NCBI GenBank assembly: GCA_040285825.1 | Contig: JAUPSS010000008.1 | Coordinates: 310,001 to 374,000 of the forward strand | Origin: Eukaryota sp. TZLM1-RC | Taxonomy: Eukaryota > Protista > Metamonada: BaSk clade | Direction: 5' to 3' | DNA length: 64,000 nucleotides | In this document: piece after piece, positions 11,475 through 22,989 of the stretch | Layout of the letters: every line of letters begins with the position of its first letter | Numbering within the stretch: position 1 is the stretch's first letter | The notes under the pieces: model-generated | Told to the model about the DNA's origin: nothing | What the model saw: only the letters and a program-made list of their open reading frames with translations | The model's database searches: none | Position numbers and translations under genes: made by a program

Positions 11475-12890
11475 TGTGGTTGACATAACTGTAACAGAAT
11501 AGAAATAAAGGATATTGATTCAATTTCACTGGCCCTTATAAAGGCCATCACTAGTGAAGTCTTTACTAGACTATTTGTCCACAAGGCCACACTACCTTTT
11601 CCCCCTCTTAGATCTCGCAAAAGAGCTGTAAGAATTAACTGCAGGAGAATTAGTCTTAGATTTGAAATCGGAGTTCATTTTCTGTTTCCTGATAGTGCGA
11701 GGATTGAGGGTGCGCAGATATGATTGATTTGCCTCATTGCTTTTGACGTCAGCAACTGGGACAGCCGATGTCTCGCCGCCATACCAAACTGCGGTGCTAT
11801 AATGACTTTTATTATTATTCAATTCTATGAAATGAAAGTAATCAATAATTTTAATTATCAGAGATTCTTCCATTTCATCGGCAGCAATGTTCTTATGCCA
11901 ATCTATATCTTAATTAGGGAAGTCAGTGAGGTATAGTTCGCATTAATTAGTGCTAGCCGTCGAAGTCGAACCAGTGACAAGATTCTTGAGTAATGTTGAG
12001 TAATGAGTAACTTCTATTGAATTTCACTTTTTGGATGAGAAGAGGGCCAGCAAAGCAACCATGGAGTTTAACATTAGTTTTTAATCGCAAAACATGTCAC
12101 CTTTATTAAAAGGGTTCCTATGTTTGTTAACTTCAGAAAGTTGTTGAGCTTGCCTGAGCACTGCCTTTTCTCTCTTCTTTGAAATTCTTTCAAGTTTTGT
12201 TTCAAGATCTTTAACAAAACAAGGGGAATATTTACATTGGCTGATTTTATTAGTTCAAACATATTATTAGGATCAGCTCTAGGGATTTGATCGCTGCCAA
12301 ACATCAAATTGTATGGAGAGTGACCAGCGACTCTACTCATAGTTGAATTAATTTGAAGTTGTACAATTGGAATATGTTCACTGCAATTGCTATAATCACC
12401 AGAGTCCACCAAAATCTTTATCTGACTTTGTAAAATGTTTTTGCAACGTCTTTCCACTAACCCGTCGCTTTTTCAAAAACCAGTTAGTGAATACTTCAAT
12501 ATTTAATAAATCGCATGACCTTTGAAAATGGCATTTGCAAATTCAATACCATTATCGCTATGAGTTAACAGTGGGATACTTAAATTGATGCAACGCTCCA
12601 TAGGAGGTGCTTGGTTTCTTCCACTACATTCAATTTTTTTGCAGGCCAAATGATCCTGTATCTAGTGAAAGAATTTACAAAAACTATTAAATATTTGAAT
12701 CCATTATCATGTTGTTGTAATAATCCAATAGTGTCTGCGGTTATTCGAGCAAAAGGACAATCTACCCAAAGAGAGCCAGTTACTTCACTGACATGACATT
12801 TTTAGGCACATGTGCCGTCTTTTGACATGCTGGACATCTCTTAATATGGTTAGTCATGTCTATGGGTTGATGATTACCATAATGTTTAAG
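11475..12890 (-). mobile_element. Decayed Ty3/gypsy 3' half: integrase, chromodomain-like segment, PPT and 3' LTR
   Basis: PFARITADTIG, SDNGIEFAN, GLVER, HSPYNLMFG integrase motifs; chromodomain-like IIKIID...VWYGGETS; PPT AAGAGGGGGAAAAGGTAG; TGTGG..CCACA LTR 11475-11591. Confidence 0.7.
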
Positions 12891-12929
12891 AACCTACGAA
12901 GCAAGCTTTTTTCGTCAGAGAATATTTCT

Positions 12930-13390
12930 GCATGTGTATGCATATCAATGTCAGAAAATCTGGTTATTTGGAATTTGAGGACTCATTCTCAATATAAGTG
13001 AATTTTTACTCTCCAAAACAATTTATGGTGGTCAAACCTTCCAACAACAATTGAAATTAAAAAGGTTTTCTTATCCGAAATCCATTTATCCATTTAATCA
13101 CCAGTTTTCCTATTCAAAAGATTTGCACCCTCTTTTCTCTTTTTGTTGAGAATCTCATCAAGAGGGAGAAATTGGTCATCAGTATTTTGGTAAAGTTGGC
13201 CATCCTGACACGTTTCAAGATCAAAACACATAGCTGTGGGAAGATTTTGATTTGTGGTCATTGATTTTGATTGAATCAAAGGACCAGGTTTTAAACTACT
13301 AAGACTTGGCTCAATTTTTTGACCAAGAATCCAAAACAACAAGATCATTTTTTTACTCAAATTATGTCTGTGATTTCGAATCATGGTAAT
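12930..13390 (-). repeat. Decayed copy of PolB-type exonuclease-like element (paralogous to 58330-58740)
   Basis: KIEPSLS...MCFDLET.QDG.LYQN...QFLP.DEI.NK is shared with the 58486-58791 ORF. Confidence 0.75.
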
Positions 13391-13649
13391 GTCCTAACGA
13401 GGAAGCTTATTATCTGTCAGTTCAATTGTCTACGTTGGTATTCAACAGAATATTCTTCTCGGGTTTTTTAAGAGACAAAAAATTCAAGATTTGATGTCTT
13501 GAACTCTCAACATAATAATTCAAATATAACTTTTTATTTAAAATGAATGTTTAACATGAACAATTTTCTGGAAAATGATCAAAATAAATTGTTTCATCCT
13601 CAGCCACTGAAAAATCAAATTAATCAAGTCCAAACAGCAACAAAATAGG

Positions 13650-13915
13650 TCGATAAAAATCCACGTATCAACGTTATAGCGACAATAGTTCTCGCAAAAT
13701 CGATATTTATTACTATAGATCAGATTGTGGAGTCAAGACCATCAGAGACGCATGATATGTTCATTCGTCACGAGCTTACCATAAAGATTATGCGAAAGTT
13801 TGTGAAATGAGGAAATCACATGCAGAAGGTGAAGATAGTCCAGTCTACCTACAGAGAGCCAAGGTTGATGAAGGTTCAAACGAAGGTTTCAAAAAGAAAA
13901 TCTTCAGTGTCTCAA
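13650..13915 (+). pseudogene. Possible Fanzor C-terminal remnant
   Basis: MFIRHELTIKIMRKFV then (frameshift) HAEGEDSPVYLQR resemble the Fanzor end seen at 57055 (LFSRNKLACLNM...GNERPQYLCSR). Confidence 0.4.
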
Positions 13916-13917
13916 AA

Positions 13918-13955
13918 CCTCCACATTTGACACTTATTTCATTGTTATAGACAAT
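13918..13955 (+). promoter_or_regulatory. Conserved upstream element shared with WDR18-like gene
   Basis: CCTCCACATTTGACACTT...TTTCATT...TAGACA, starting 48 nt before the ATG. Confidence 0.6.
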
Positions 13956-13965
13956 TTAATCAACA

Positions 13966-15657
13966 ATGGTTGAATTTGAAGTCATTGATGTATTCAACTG
14001 TTTACACCTCTATGACTCTGCTCTTTTTGTAGCTGATCTTTTTCTTAATGAACAATCCCCATCGATCGACTATTCTAGTTTCCAAACCCCAACACTTGAA
14101 ATCTCTCCTTCTTTTCATGTAGCTAATACGTACTATATGGTGGGCAATTATAACAGAGTAGTACATCATCTTTCCCACACAGACAATGATCTAGAACTGT
14201 TCCTCAAATGTCAATCTCTTCTCAAACTTGGCGAGTCTTCACCACCAGAGAGTAGTGACTCTCTTCACCTATTCCAACCATCTAATACTAATGCTTCGAT
14301 TGTTTTGTCTTTACTGACAAATAAAGCTACCATTGAAGGTGATTTCGATGATCTCATTGAACATTTAGGCACTTTTCCTTGGTTTAATTTACATCTGTTA
14401 GGACAGTCTTTACTTTACCTGAATAAGAAGCAGTATGCCCTCCACTGCTTCCTTTTGTCTGTTACGAAATGCCCTCTGTTTTATGATGCTTGGAAGTGTT
14501 TTTTCCAATGTGTTTCCGATAGAAAACATTTGGATCTTATTAAAAATTTATTTAAGGCAGATGGATCAATTTCATCTATAATCTCAGCTTTTTTTCTTTG
14601 TCTATTTTACATTTCTATAAGTCACCACAGTTCAGCCGAGCCATATTTAAATCATTTTTGCCAGTTTTTCCATAAATGTCCCTTGTCTTTAGAAATACAA
14701 GGTAGGTTTTATTATTCATGTCGAAACTTTCCAAAGTCCCGGGAATTCTTTGAGAAAATCGTTGACCAGTTTCCTAGTCGAACTAGTGGATTGGAGATAT
14801 ATTCAAACTTGTTGTATGTTGATAATAATGCACAAGAAATTTCTAATTTATCAAACAAAATGTCAATTAATTTTTCCAATTGCTGGATTGCAAATATTAT
14901 TAAAGGTAATTACCTTTCTCTAAAACAATCAAGAAAAGAAGCAAGTATTTACTTTTTGAAAGCACATTACATTTCTCCATTTTCCCCAATCCCTCTCATC
15001 CTATTGGGACATGAATTACTGGAACTAAGAAACCTTGATGGATCACTCAAGGCTTACCTAAAGGCTAGTGAACTTGCTCCATTAGATTTTAGGTCTTGTT
15101 ATTCCCTTGGACAATTATACGAGGTCTGTGGGCTTCATCAATTATCTGTCCATCATTACTCCCAAGCTCTAAACCTAAATTGTGAGGAACCTAGAATTTG
15201 GTCAGCATTGGGGTTAGTTTATGCAACTTTAAAGAATTTTGACAGCTCAAAAAGACTTTTTGAGAAGAGTCTGGAGATTTCTTCTGATGATGATGTCATT
15301 TGGTTGCATTACGGGTCGGCTTGTTGTAAATCAAACGATTTGGACAAGGCTTCCAAAGTTTTCCACAAAGTATGCACCGGATTTGAGTTTTCAGATGTCG
15401 TATTACCTTTATTAGATGATGAGTTCCAAAGCGAACTGGTAATTTGTTCTAAATATTTAAAACAAAAAGGGGAAATAAAGATGGCTGAAGAGATCCTTTT
15501 GCCAGTATTGGAACTTGGTTCATTGACTTTGCCTGAAGTCTCATCTTTTCTGGCCTCTTTAACAGTCAACAATGGTGAAGTTTCCGGTCGATATTCCCCT
15601 ACTAAACGAGTCAAGTTTAATTCAAGTAGAGGAGTGAGGAGTCCTATTCAAAGATGA
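13966..15657 (+). CDS. CDC23: Anaphase-promoting complex TPR subunit APC8/Cdc23
   Basis: TPR array with LEIYSNLLYV, IKGNYLSL, LLGHELLELRN, DFRSCYSLGQLYE, RIWSALG. Confidence 0.82.
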   Translation: MVEFEVIDVFNCLHLYDSALFVADLFLNEQSPSIDYSSFQTPTLEISPSFHVANTYYMVGNYNRVVHHLSHTDNDLELFLKCQSLLKLGESSPPESSDSLHLFQPSNTNASIVLSLLTNKATIEGDFDDLIEHLGTFPWFNLHLLGQSLLYLNKKQYALHCFLLSVTKCPLFYDAWKCFFQCVSDRKHLDLIKNLFKADGSISSIISAFFLCLFYISISHHSSAEPYLNHFCQFFHKCPLSLEIQGRFYYSCRNFPKSREFFEKIVDQFPSRTSGLEIYSNLLYVDNNAQEISNLSNKMSINFSNCWIANIIKGNYLSLKQSRKEASIYFLKAHYISPFSPIPLILLGHELLELRNLDGSLKAYLKASELAPLDFRSCYSLGQLYEVCGLHQLSVHHYSQALNLNCEEPRIWSALGLVYATLKNFDSSKRLFEKSLEISSDDDVIWLHYGSACCKSNDLDKASKVFHKVCTGFEFSDVVLPLLDDEFQSELVICSKYLKQKGEIKMAEEILLPVLELGSLTLPEVSSFLASLTVNNGEVSGRYSPTKRVKFNSSRGVRSPIQR

Positions 15658-15765
15658 TTTCAGTGCAATTAATTGGTTATTGCCAGTTATGCCTGGATTT
15701 TAGTAATTTGTAACAATGAATTCAAATTCAAACAATAAATTAAATTAAAAAAGAACAAAATGCTT

Positions 15766-17514
15766 CTATAATTCAAGTAAAAGTTCAGCATTTCGAACAA
15801 TTTCTTCTTTTTCTTCTAAACATTTGGTTAATTCAGAAATATTGTCTTCCAATTCCTTTATGATTGCATTCTTATTTTCTATGGCTTTTTTGGCCATTTC
15901 CTCCAATTCTTCAAATTTTCTTTCATTTTCTTGATTAACAGCGGACTTAACCTGACTGAGTTGATCACGTATATTTTTGACCTCCTCCTCGTGTGCTGAT
16001 TTAATTGATTGAATTTCTGATTGATACTCCTGAACAGACTTTTCCAGTCTTTCTATTTCCAAATCCTTGTTTGTCAATTCCGAGGCTTTTCGCAGTTCTG
16101 CTGCCCTTTTTACATCATTAACTGCTGCTATTTCTTTATCTTTTTCGGATAATTTAACTCTCAATTCCTCAGTAAGTGTTGATAATTGGTTAATTTCCTC
16201 TTCTTTTTGCTCATTTTGATCTAACAGTAAATTATACTTTGTTGTTAATTCCCGTAATTCTTCAGAATAAACATGGTTGTTTTCAGATAAATTTTGTCTC
16301 AACCGTTGTTCTTCTTCCTTGTATTTAGTTCTCAATTGATTTTCTAATTCAACGTTATCTTGTTCAATTTTTAAAACAACTTCTTTCAATTTCGAATGCT
16401 GCTCTTCTTTCAATTCTGACTTGATTTGAGTTATTTCCTGATTGATTAAGTCAGGCATTCTAATGGAGATTTCAGCCTCCAGCTTGGAATCAAATTTTGC
16501 TTTCCATTCACCATTGATCAAGCTAAGCTCTTCTGATTTGTTCTTGAGCTCTTCTTCCAAATTTTGAACCTTTTTGACAAGTTGACATTCTTTTTCTAGA
16601 AATTCCTGACGCTGCTGTTCAAATTTTTTAAATTGCAAATTTTCCTCAGTTGACCACTGGGCTCTATTTTCCGCCAAAAGTCTTTGAATTTCTTCCTGGT
16701 GACGTCTCCTGATTACAATCAATTCATCATCATGACTATGTTGAACTGCAACCAACTTTTGTCGATGTAACTCTCTTTCTCTTTCCAAACATGCAATTTT
16801 CTCATTTGTTAAGGTGCTTCTCAAGTTCTCCAGCTCACTACTCATCATTGAGGAATGTGACTGACGAAGATCACTCACCTCTCTATTGTACTCCTCCTTC
16901 AACCTCCGTTCAGCTTCCTTGTGATTACTGATTAGCCTAGCCAATTCTGGTTCCAATCCCTTGATAGTTTCCTGTTTTACCTGATCAAGTTTCTTTTGCA
17001 TAATCCGTTCACATCTTGCCCTCTCGTGGGTTCTGGCTGCCAAAGCTGCCCTCTCTGCTTCCTTTTTTCCATGATCAGTGGCAAGGGAAAGCTTTTTCTT
17101 AAAGTCGGTCTTCATTGAATCTATTGATGAGAGGCACTCTTCAAGTTTTGTTGATAGTTGAGTTTTTTCCTCAACAACTTTCTTGTTTAGATTTGATAGT
17201 CTTTTGATCGTGTGTTCGTGTTTGGCCACCTCTTCATTAAGTTTCTTCTCGTGAGCCTGATTAGCGCTGGCGAGGTCAGCTTGCAGTTGCATAACTGTTT
17301 GCTGGAGACGGGAAACTTCATTTTCAGCAGTGAGAGAACGTTCTTTAAGAATTTCTATCCTTCTCCGAGTTCGTTCCAAGATGTCATTTTTACTGGAGGA
17401 AGAATGATTATTGGAATGAGGAAAAACTTGAGATGCTGACATTGAAATCGTGCTAGCATTATCAGAGAGATAATTAGCAAAGGAGGAAATACGTGTATTG
17501 AGGTCATTAGTCAT
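15766..17514 (-). CDS. CEP131: Centrosomal/centriolar satellite coiled-coil protein CEP131 (AZI1)-like
   Basis: Long coiled coil containing the conserved VKQETIKGLEPELARLISNH motif. Confidence 0.72.
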   Translation of the reverse strand: MTNDLNTRISSFANYLSDNASTISMSASQVFPHSNNHSSSSKNDILERTRRRIEILKERSLTAENEVSRLQQTVMQLQADLASANQAHEKKLNEEVAKHEHTIKRLSNLNKKVVEEKTQLSTKLEECLSSIDSMKTDFKKKLSLATDHGKKEAERAALAARTHERARCERIMQKKLDQVKQETIKGLEPELARLISNHKEAERRLKEEYNREVSDLRQSHSSMMSSELENLRSTLTNEKIACLERERELHRQKLVAVQHSHDDELIVIRRRHQEEIQRLLAENRAQWSTEENLQFKKFEQQRQEFLEKECQLVKKVQNLEEELKNKSEELSLINGEWKAKFDSKLEAEISIRMPDLINQEITQIKSELKEEQHSKLKEVVLKIEQDNVELENQLRTKYKEEEQRLRQNLSENNHVYSEELRELTTKYNLLLDQNEQKEEEINQLSTLTEELRVKLSEKDKEIAAVNDVKRAAELRKASELTNKDLEIERLEKSVQEYQSEIQSIKSAHEEEVKNIRDQLSQVKSAVNQENERKFEELEEMAKKAIENKNAIIKELEDNISELTKCLEEKEEIVRNAELLLEL

Positions 17515-17600
17515 TGATGGGGTGATGTCGTAAACAAGGAAGTGTTGGATGATGGGAATTATGAGTTTTTAACATAGTTCTGTGTTTTTTTTCTAATGGT

Positions 17601-17815
17601 ATATTTATTGAATTTGCACACTTAATTAAATTAACTCATAACTAATGGGACGACTATCATTGAACCAAGATTTCCTCTACAAAATCTTGATCTGCTTGCT
17701 GTCTAGCTAAAGCTTCTCTTATTCGATTGAAAAACTGAGGTAATCTATTAATAATGGCAAATTGAATCTGTGAACGCCATAAAAAAATATCAAATCTTTT
17801 CATTGTTTTTTCTGT
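17601..17815 (-). mobile_element. CRE-like family A 3' fragment
   Basis: Matches the 3' end and 3' UTR of the 23965-27290 element. Confidence 0.9.
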
Positions 17816-18352
17816 GGTTTTTGAAATGCATACTTTATAGCATCAATCAAACTTATTCCAAGAACTTTCATTCTTTGTGAGATTGTCCACAAACGTTCTA
17901 GAATCTTCGAATAATTGGCCACCAATCTCAGTGAGCCCATTTCTCCTCTAGAACAATACGTAGCTTTGAAGCTAGTTTCTTTGTGGTCTCTGGAACGCTT
18001 CTGGTCTTGTTCCATAGTAGTGCTCACTAACTGCAATTTCTAGCTAATTTAGTGATGTAAAAATGTCTCTAGACCATACTTGATTACATTCCGGACAACT
18101 GAAATAGGCGTTGTGAACTTTAACTTCACCATCAACTTCTCGCTAGATCTTTTGGTGTAGCATTTTGCAGCAGTTTACCTTTGCAGATGTCATATATTCA
18201 TCTCCGATCTTCACATTATCAAATGAACATTGTAACAACTTGAGAAACGCCTTACGTGGTGTTTTCACTTTTTGACGTGATGTACCACCACCTCCATTGC
18301 CAAACCACACCTTTATTTCTCGACGGTCTGCAAATATTTTCACTTTGCTGAT

Positions 18353-20134
18353 AATTTTTTTTAAATAATTTTAATTTATTTTCAAAACCATAGTCTAAAA
18401 GTCAATATCTTCAAAACAAGCCTCCACACCATCAAATCTCACAACAGCAATGTCTTCATATTGTGCACTGTCAGACATCAAAGCTTTCGAAATCATTTTA
18501 GGAATTGATTTGAAAATAGTAAAAACAATACGATTTAGCCACAAGCGACGATCAAAACGCTTATTCATTCTTCTTTTCACAAGGTTATCAAAATCATCAA
18601 TAAAATTCATAGCAGTTTTTCCAAGACGACCATATAACGATATAGCAAATGGGTAAATTTGGTAATCTACATGGCGAACATGTTTCAATTCTTTTAAAGG
18701 ATTTGCATATTTTTTTCGTTTGTACAATTCTGAATCATCAAGGGGGGATACTTCGGATTGTGCATTTCTCAAGGCATTTTTCTTGCAAACATCCACTGTT
18801 ATGACATCAACAACTTTCAAAACATCATCAAATGAGATCACAACAACATCCGCACGTCGTTTTCCAAATTCTGAATCTCTTACGTTTTCATTTATATCAA
18901 GAGATCTCAACAATGGTTCTACAAATGATTTAATATGATAGGAATTACACATTGCATGGATTTGATCTCTGACTGCACTATGCAAAGTAGAACGATAAGA
19001 AATAAATCTATTGCAATTGAATAAATGTGATAATGTCAAACCAGCTCCACATTTGCAAAACAAATCATTGGGCAAATTACAAGGCCACAAATCACAACGC
19101 ATTCTCATTGTAGTAGTCCATTGGTGGTCATTTAAAAATAGGCCATAAATCTGGGGAATTTGATTCACCAAAACTGCAGATGAACTGTCCTTAAAATCAA
19201 TCAAAAAATTAGCAAAAGCAGGATTTCCATTCTTAGCCGTGCTAAGTCGAACAATAAAATTCTTGCTTTCATATTTTTTCAAAAGATGTCGTTGGAGCTT
19301 TTTCAACGCAAATTTCAAAGAATACAAACTTCTGTCTGGAATGTTTTGAATAGATATGGGGAAACATGATTGCCATAAGTCGGGAGATAAACTGGATACT
19401 TTTTCTCTTAAGTTATCAATGAATAGGCTATTTGTAGTTTCAAGAAGATTTTCGGCAAAAGGATATCTTCTAGAAAATTCAAATACAAAATTTTTTCCAC
19501 CACCAATAAATGCAGCTTTGGTCAAATGCTTGGATGAAGTGAAACCAACACCGCCAAGTTGAACATCAGAAAAATATGATTTTTCAAAATTGATGGATCA
19601 ACAGACAAATGATGGAGACCCTTTAGGTCCTTTCTTTTTTTGTCTTGCAATTCACCCATTTTTGAAAAAATTAAAAGAAGAAAATTCTGACCTTCAAATG
19701 GTAGCCTATATGGATGACATTTCTTGTATTGGTCCAGCAATTACAATTAATAGAGTTGCTAATGAAGCTGCTACATTATACCAATCCAAAGGTCTTGAGT
19801 TGAATGTCCAAAAATGTTTTTGTATTTCTAGAAAAAATGTGAAGTTAATAATTCATTCCCTTGAATTTCCATATATTGATTAAACTTCAACAAGTTTCTG
19901 CTTTCTTGATTGTTATTTAGGTTCTGCCGAAAAGACACTCGATAGCCTTGAAAACTATTTAAGTTCAATCAAAAAAGAGCTTGAAGTCATAAAGACCCTT
20001 GTATTGGAAAAACATCTCCAGTTTTTTCCTTTGAAAATATCTTATGCTGGAAAGATTACTCATTTACTGAGATCACTTACAATTTTTGTAGACAATTAAA
20101 CAAAATACGTACAGATTTTTTGGCTTATTTAATG
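18353..20134 (-). mobile_element. CRE-like non-LTR retrotransposon with 5' inversion
   Basis: Minus-strand REL domain (18395-~19607) joined to a plus-strand RT piece (GDPLGP, YMDD; ~19614-20134). TSD TTTGCTGAT at 18344-18352 and 20135-20143. Confidence 0.88.
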
Positions 20135-21549
20135 TTTGCTGATCATTGAGCTGAATCTTTTTTGTGTTGTTTTAAATAAGTCAAATGTGTTTCTCCTCAA
20201 TGCTTTTCGAGCACTCAGCTATAATTGCTGCTTTAGCAATGATCGTCTTACGTTATTACCTTCATAATCCTTATAGTAACCGATAGTTGATATTTCAAGC
20301 AGATAATGGTTCAATTTCTGCACGTCATAAACATCTATTGATGAGTGGGTTAGTGAAGCGGAGTGATTGATTTTTCGTTGCTTTGGTGCCAAGAAGATTT
20401 TGGATAAGGTTGGCCCTGAACGTGTTCCAATGCTGGAACCACATAGATTTGAGTAGTTGGGGTCGATGGCCCAGAACACCATTTCCAGACAATCTCACTC
20501 TTGTGCTTTGGGGTGAGGTTTGAAAGTTATAAGGACACTATCACCATTAGAAGACATGGTGTAGTCATTAGCTTTTGTTCTAAAAAATAAATAAGGGTTC
20601 TTCAAAAAATTGTGTGATGTGTTTTTGGAGATAAAATGGTTGAGAACACATGTGAAAAAGGGGACAAAAGCAGGCTTCAAACTAGCGATAGGGGTGAGTC
20701 TCTGACGTCTGACGGTATGCGGAAAGGCTTACTCGAGGTGGTTTTTGATTGTTAATCCGCAAAGAAAAATGTAGGTACTGTTTCCTTGATTAAGAGTCAC
20801 TTTTCGAGAAGAAAGAAGAGTGTTGTATCTTTGCGAATCACCAACCAAGATGTTAAACAGAGTAAGAGCCATGGTATGGTGTGTGCTGAAGCAAGAAGGA
20901 AGAGGTTCACGAAAGTTCGTGCTGTTGTGAAGAACACAGCAAGCATAAGTGGCTGGTGCAGGGCAGTTATGACCTACTGCATACGAGCGGAAGAAGTTAA
21001 GCTTCCACGACACAAGTCCATCAGCAAGAAACTGCTGGTAGTTGCCTTGCAGCTGGCGGAACTTTGCATCCACTAGTTGTAGCAGAGACCCTACTAGTGG
21101 GTGGTGCATGATAACGATCTGTTCTTGACGAGAACAAAATAGCAAACGACCATGATGTAGAAATTCATTCGAGCTTTTTATACACATGGCCTTTGCCAGG
21201 TCTGTTGAATGGATGTCTGACTTTTGGCCTAGAGAGCGCCACAAAGTCAAGACACTGGATCCAGAATTGATGCTGAGTCAGAAAATGACTGTCTTCAGGG
21301 AAGCGCACAGCAAAAGCTCTGGTCAGCTGTCCATCAATATAATCACACACTGGCCGCTCAAAGAACTGAAGAAGGGAGCAGGCACGTGTCCGTAACTGCA
21401 GGGAACTTTCTGAAAACGGAAGGTACACAGGCAATCAGAAAAATTGATTTCTGAGTTTCAGTTACTTTTATAATTTGGTCTATTTTCAACTTCTTACATC
21501 CACAAAACAACAAAACATTGACAAACTGATATATAGACACATTTATAAT

Positions 21550-21668
21550 TTTTCTCTTGGATCTCACTATGAGAGAGTTGCATCTAGTGTTTTTGTTCTG
21601 GGAGAGATGGATTTTTTAGATGTTGATTTATAGGTTTTGAATAAAATTAAAATTTTGGTCAAAAGAAA
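21550..21668 (+). mobile_element. Short 5'-truncated CRE-like family B insertion
   Basis: Near-identical to the 3' end of 28704-30438; TSD ATTTATAAT at 21541-21549 and 21669-21677. Confidence 0.85.
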
Positions 21669-21729
21669 ATTTATAATAGATACTGGATCTGATTTAAGCA
21701 TTTTCTTTCCCAAAAATAGTAAACTGATG

Positions 21730-22116
21730 ATAAATTATATTTATTGAATTTGCACACTTAATTAAATTAACTCATAACTAATGGGACGACTATCATTGAA
21801 CCAAGATTTCCTCTACTAAATCTTGATCTGCTTGCTGTCTAGCTAAAGCTTCTCTTATTCGATTGAAAAACCGTGGTAATCTATTAATAATGGCAAATTG
21901 AATCCGTGAACACCATAAAAATATATCAAATCTTTTCATTGTTTTTTCTTGCACCATTTTTTGGAAGTCATTCAAAAAAGTTTCTGCTTCAACTGATAAT
22001 CTTCCATTTATCGAAAATGGGAAAGCAATAAAAATCAGCTGTGTATTTCTATCGACATTAGCCTCTTCAATATCTTTATCATATTTTCTATGTTTCTCTT
22101 TTGCTTTAAAATCCAG
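21730..22116 (-). mobile_element. 5'-truncated CRE-like family A copy
   Basis: Family A 3' end; TSD AACTGATG at 21722-21729 and 22117-22124. Confidence 0.88.
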
Positions 22117-22989
22117 AACTGATGTGAAATTTGCTGAAATTGTTGTTAGTCAAAATAGTTGTTGGGTTCAATCAAGGGTGTTTGTAGATTTAATAACTTC
22201 GTAAAGTTTCACAACGTGATTTTCTTATTCAGTACAAACATGTTACCAAGGCAAGTCACAACACCCGTTTCTTCCTCCCCATTTTTCCCTCTTTAACAAA
22301 GAACCTTTTTCTCCTTGTTCAACTATATCTCAGTTCGCCAGTGAGCTTGGTGGAACTGTTGGTCTTTCTATTATAGAGATAATAGATTTCGTTTAGTGCG
22401 CTCACACATTGACTATAAAAGATTGGATCCCATAAAATAGACTAGCGGAGATAACGAACAATAGACAGCCTGTAGAGGCACTACTGGTTGTTTTTGAGTC
22501 TGAACTGGAGTATATTGCAGATCGTCCATCCCATGCTGCGCCAACAACTTCTGCTGCGCCATCCCTTCAGCTACACCCCCTGTCCGATTCTTTCTGGCGC
22601 TCCCCCACCTCCACTTCCTCTTCCTGAGTTTTAGATGAACCTCCTCAACTGTTCTCATTTATCAGCTGTAGTTTTTTGGCCTTCTTTGGAATCATTTTCC
22701 ATCGTTGTTGGTAGCGTAAAAGGAGATAATTCCTTGATGTATATAAATATGAATTTCATGCTCTCCACATGAAATACCCAAATGAAATTTCTCACACTAT
22801 CTGATGAAATAAAGTATGTCAAGACGTTGAAAGCAGTTTCAATTGAGTTCAACATCAAACCTGATCACGGTTGTAGTTTATTTGGTGTTGAAAGTAATGT
22901 TGTTGAAATATGGAACTCTTAAAATATATGTTGATAGTGTAAGGTTTATTAGGTAACTATCAAACGGCTAATACATTTATGGATTTGAA

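Larger units (their letters stand above)
17972..21701 (-). pseudogene. Fanzor1 gene split by two retrotransposon insertions
   Basis: ATG 21701 (MLKSDPVSIINVSIYQF after removing the insert), RLTPIASLKPAFVPF, TMSSNGDSVLITF, RuvC-I WAIDPN (~20460), VWFGNG, RuvC-II GDEYMTSAKVNCC (~18195), CPEC, RuvC-III WSRD (~18070), TRPEAFQR. Frames rejoin across TSDs. Confidence 0.85.

Noticed and set aside
7670-21701. Alternative genetic code to explain in-frame stops in Fanzor and retroelement ORFs
   Set aside because: Host genes terminate with TAA, TAG and TGA, and the elements also contain frameshifts, so this is ordinary decay.
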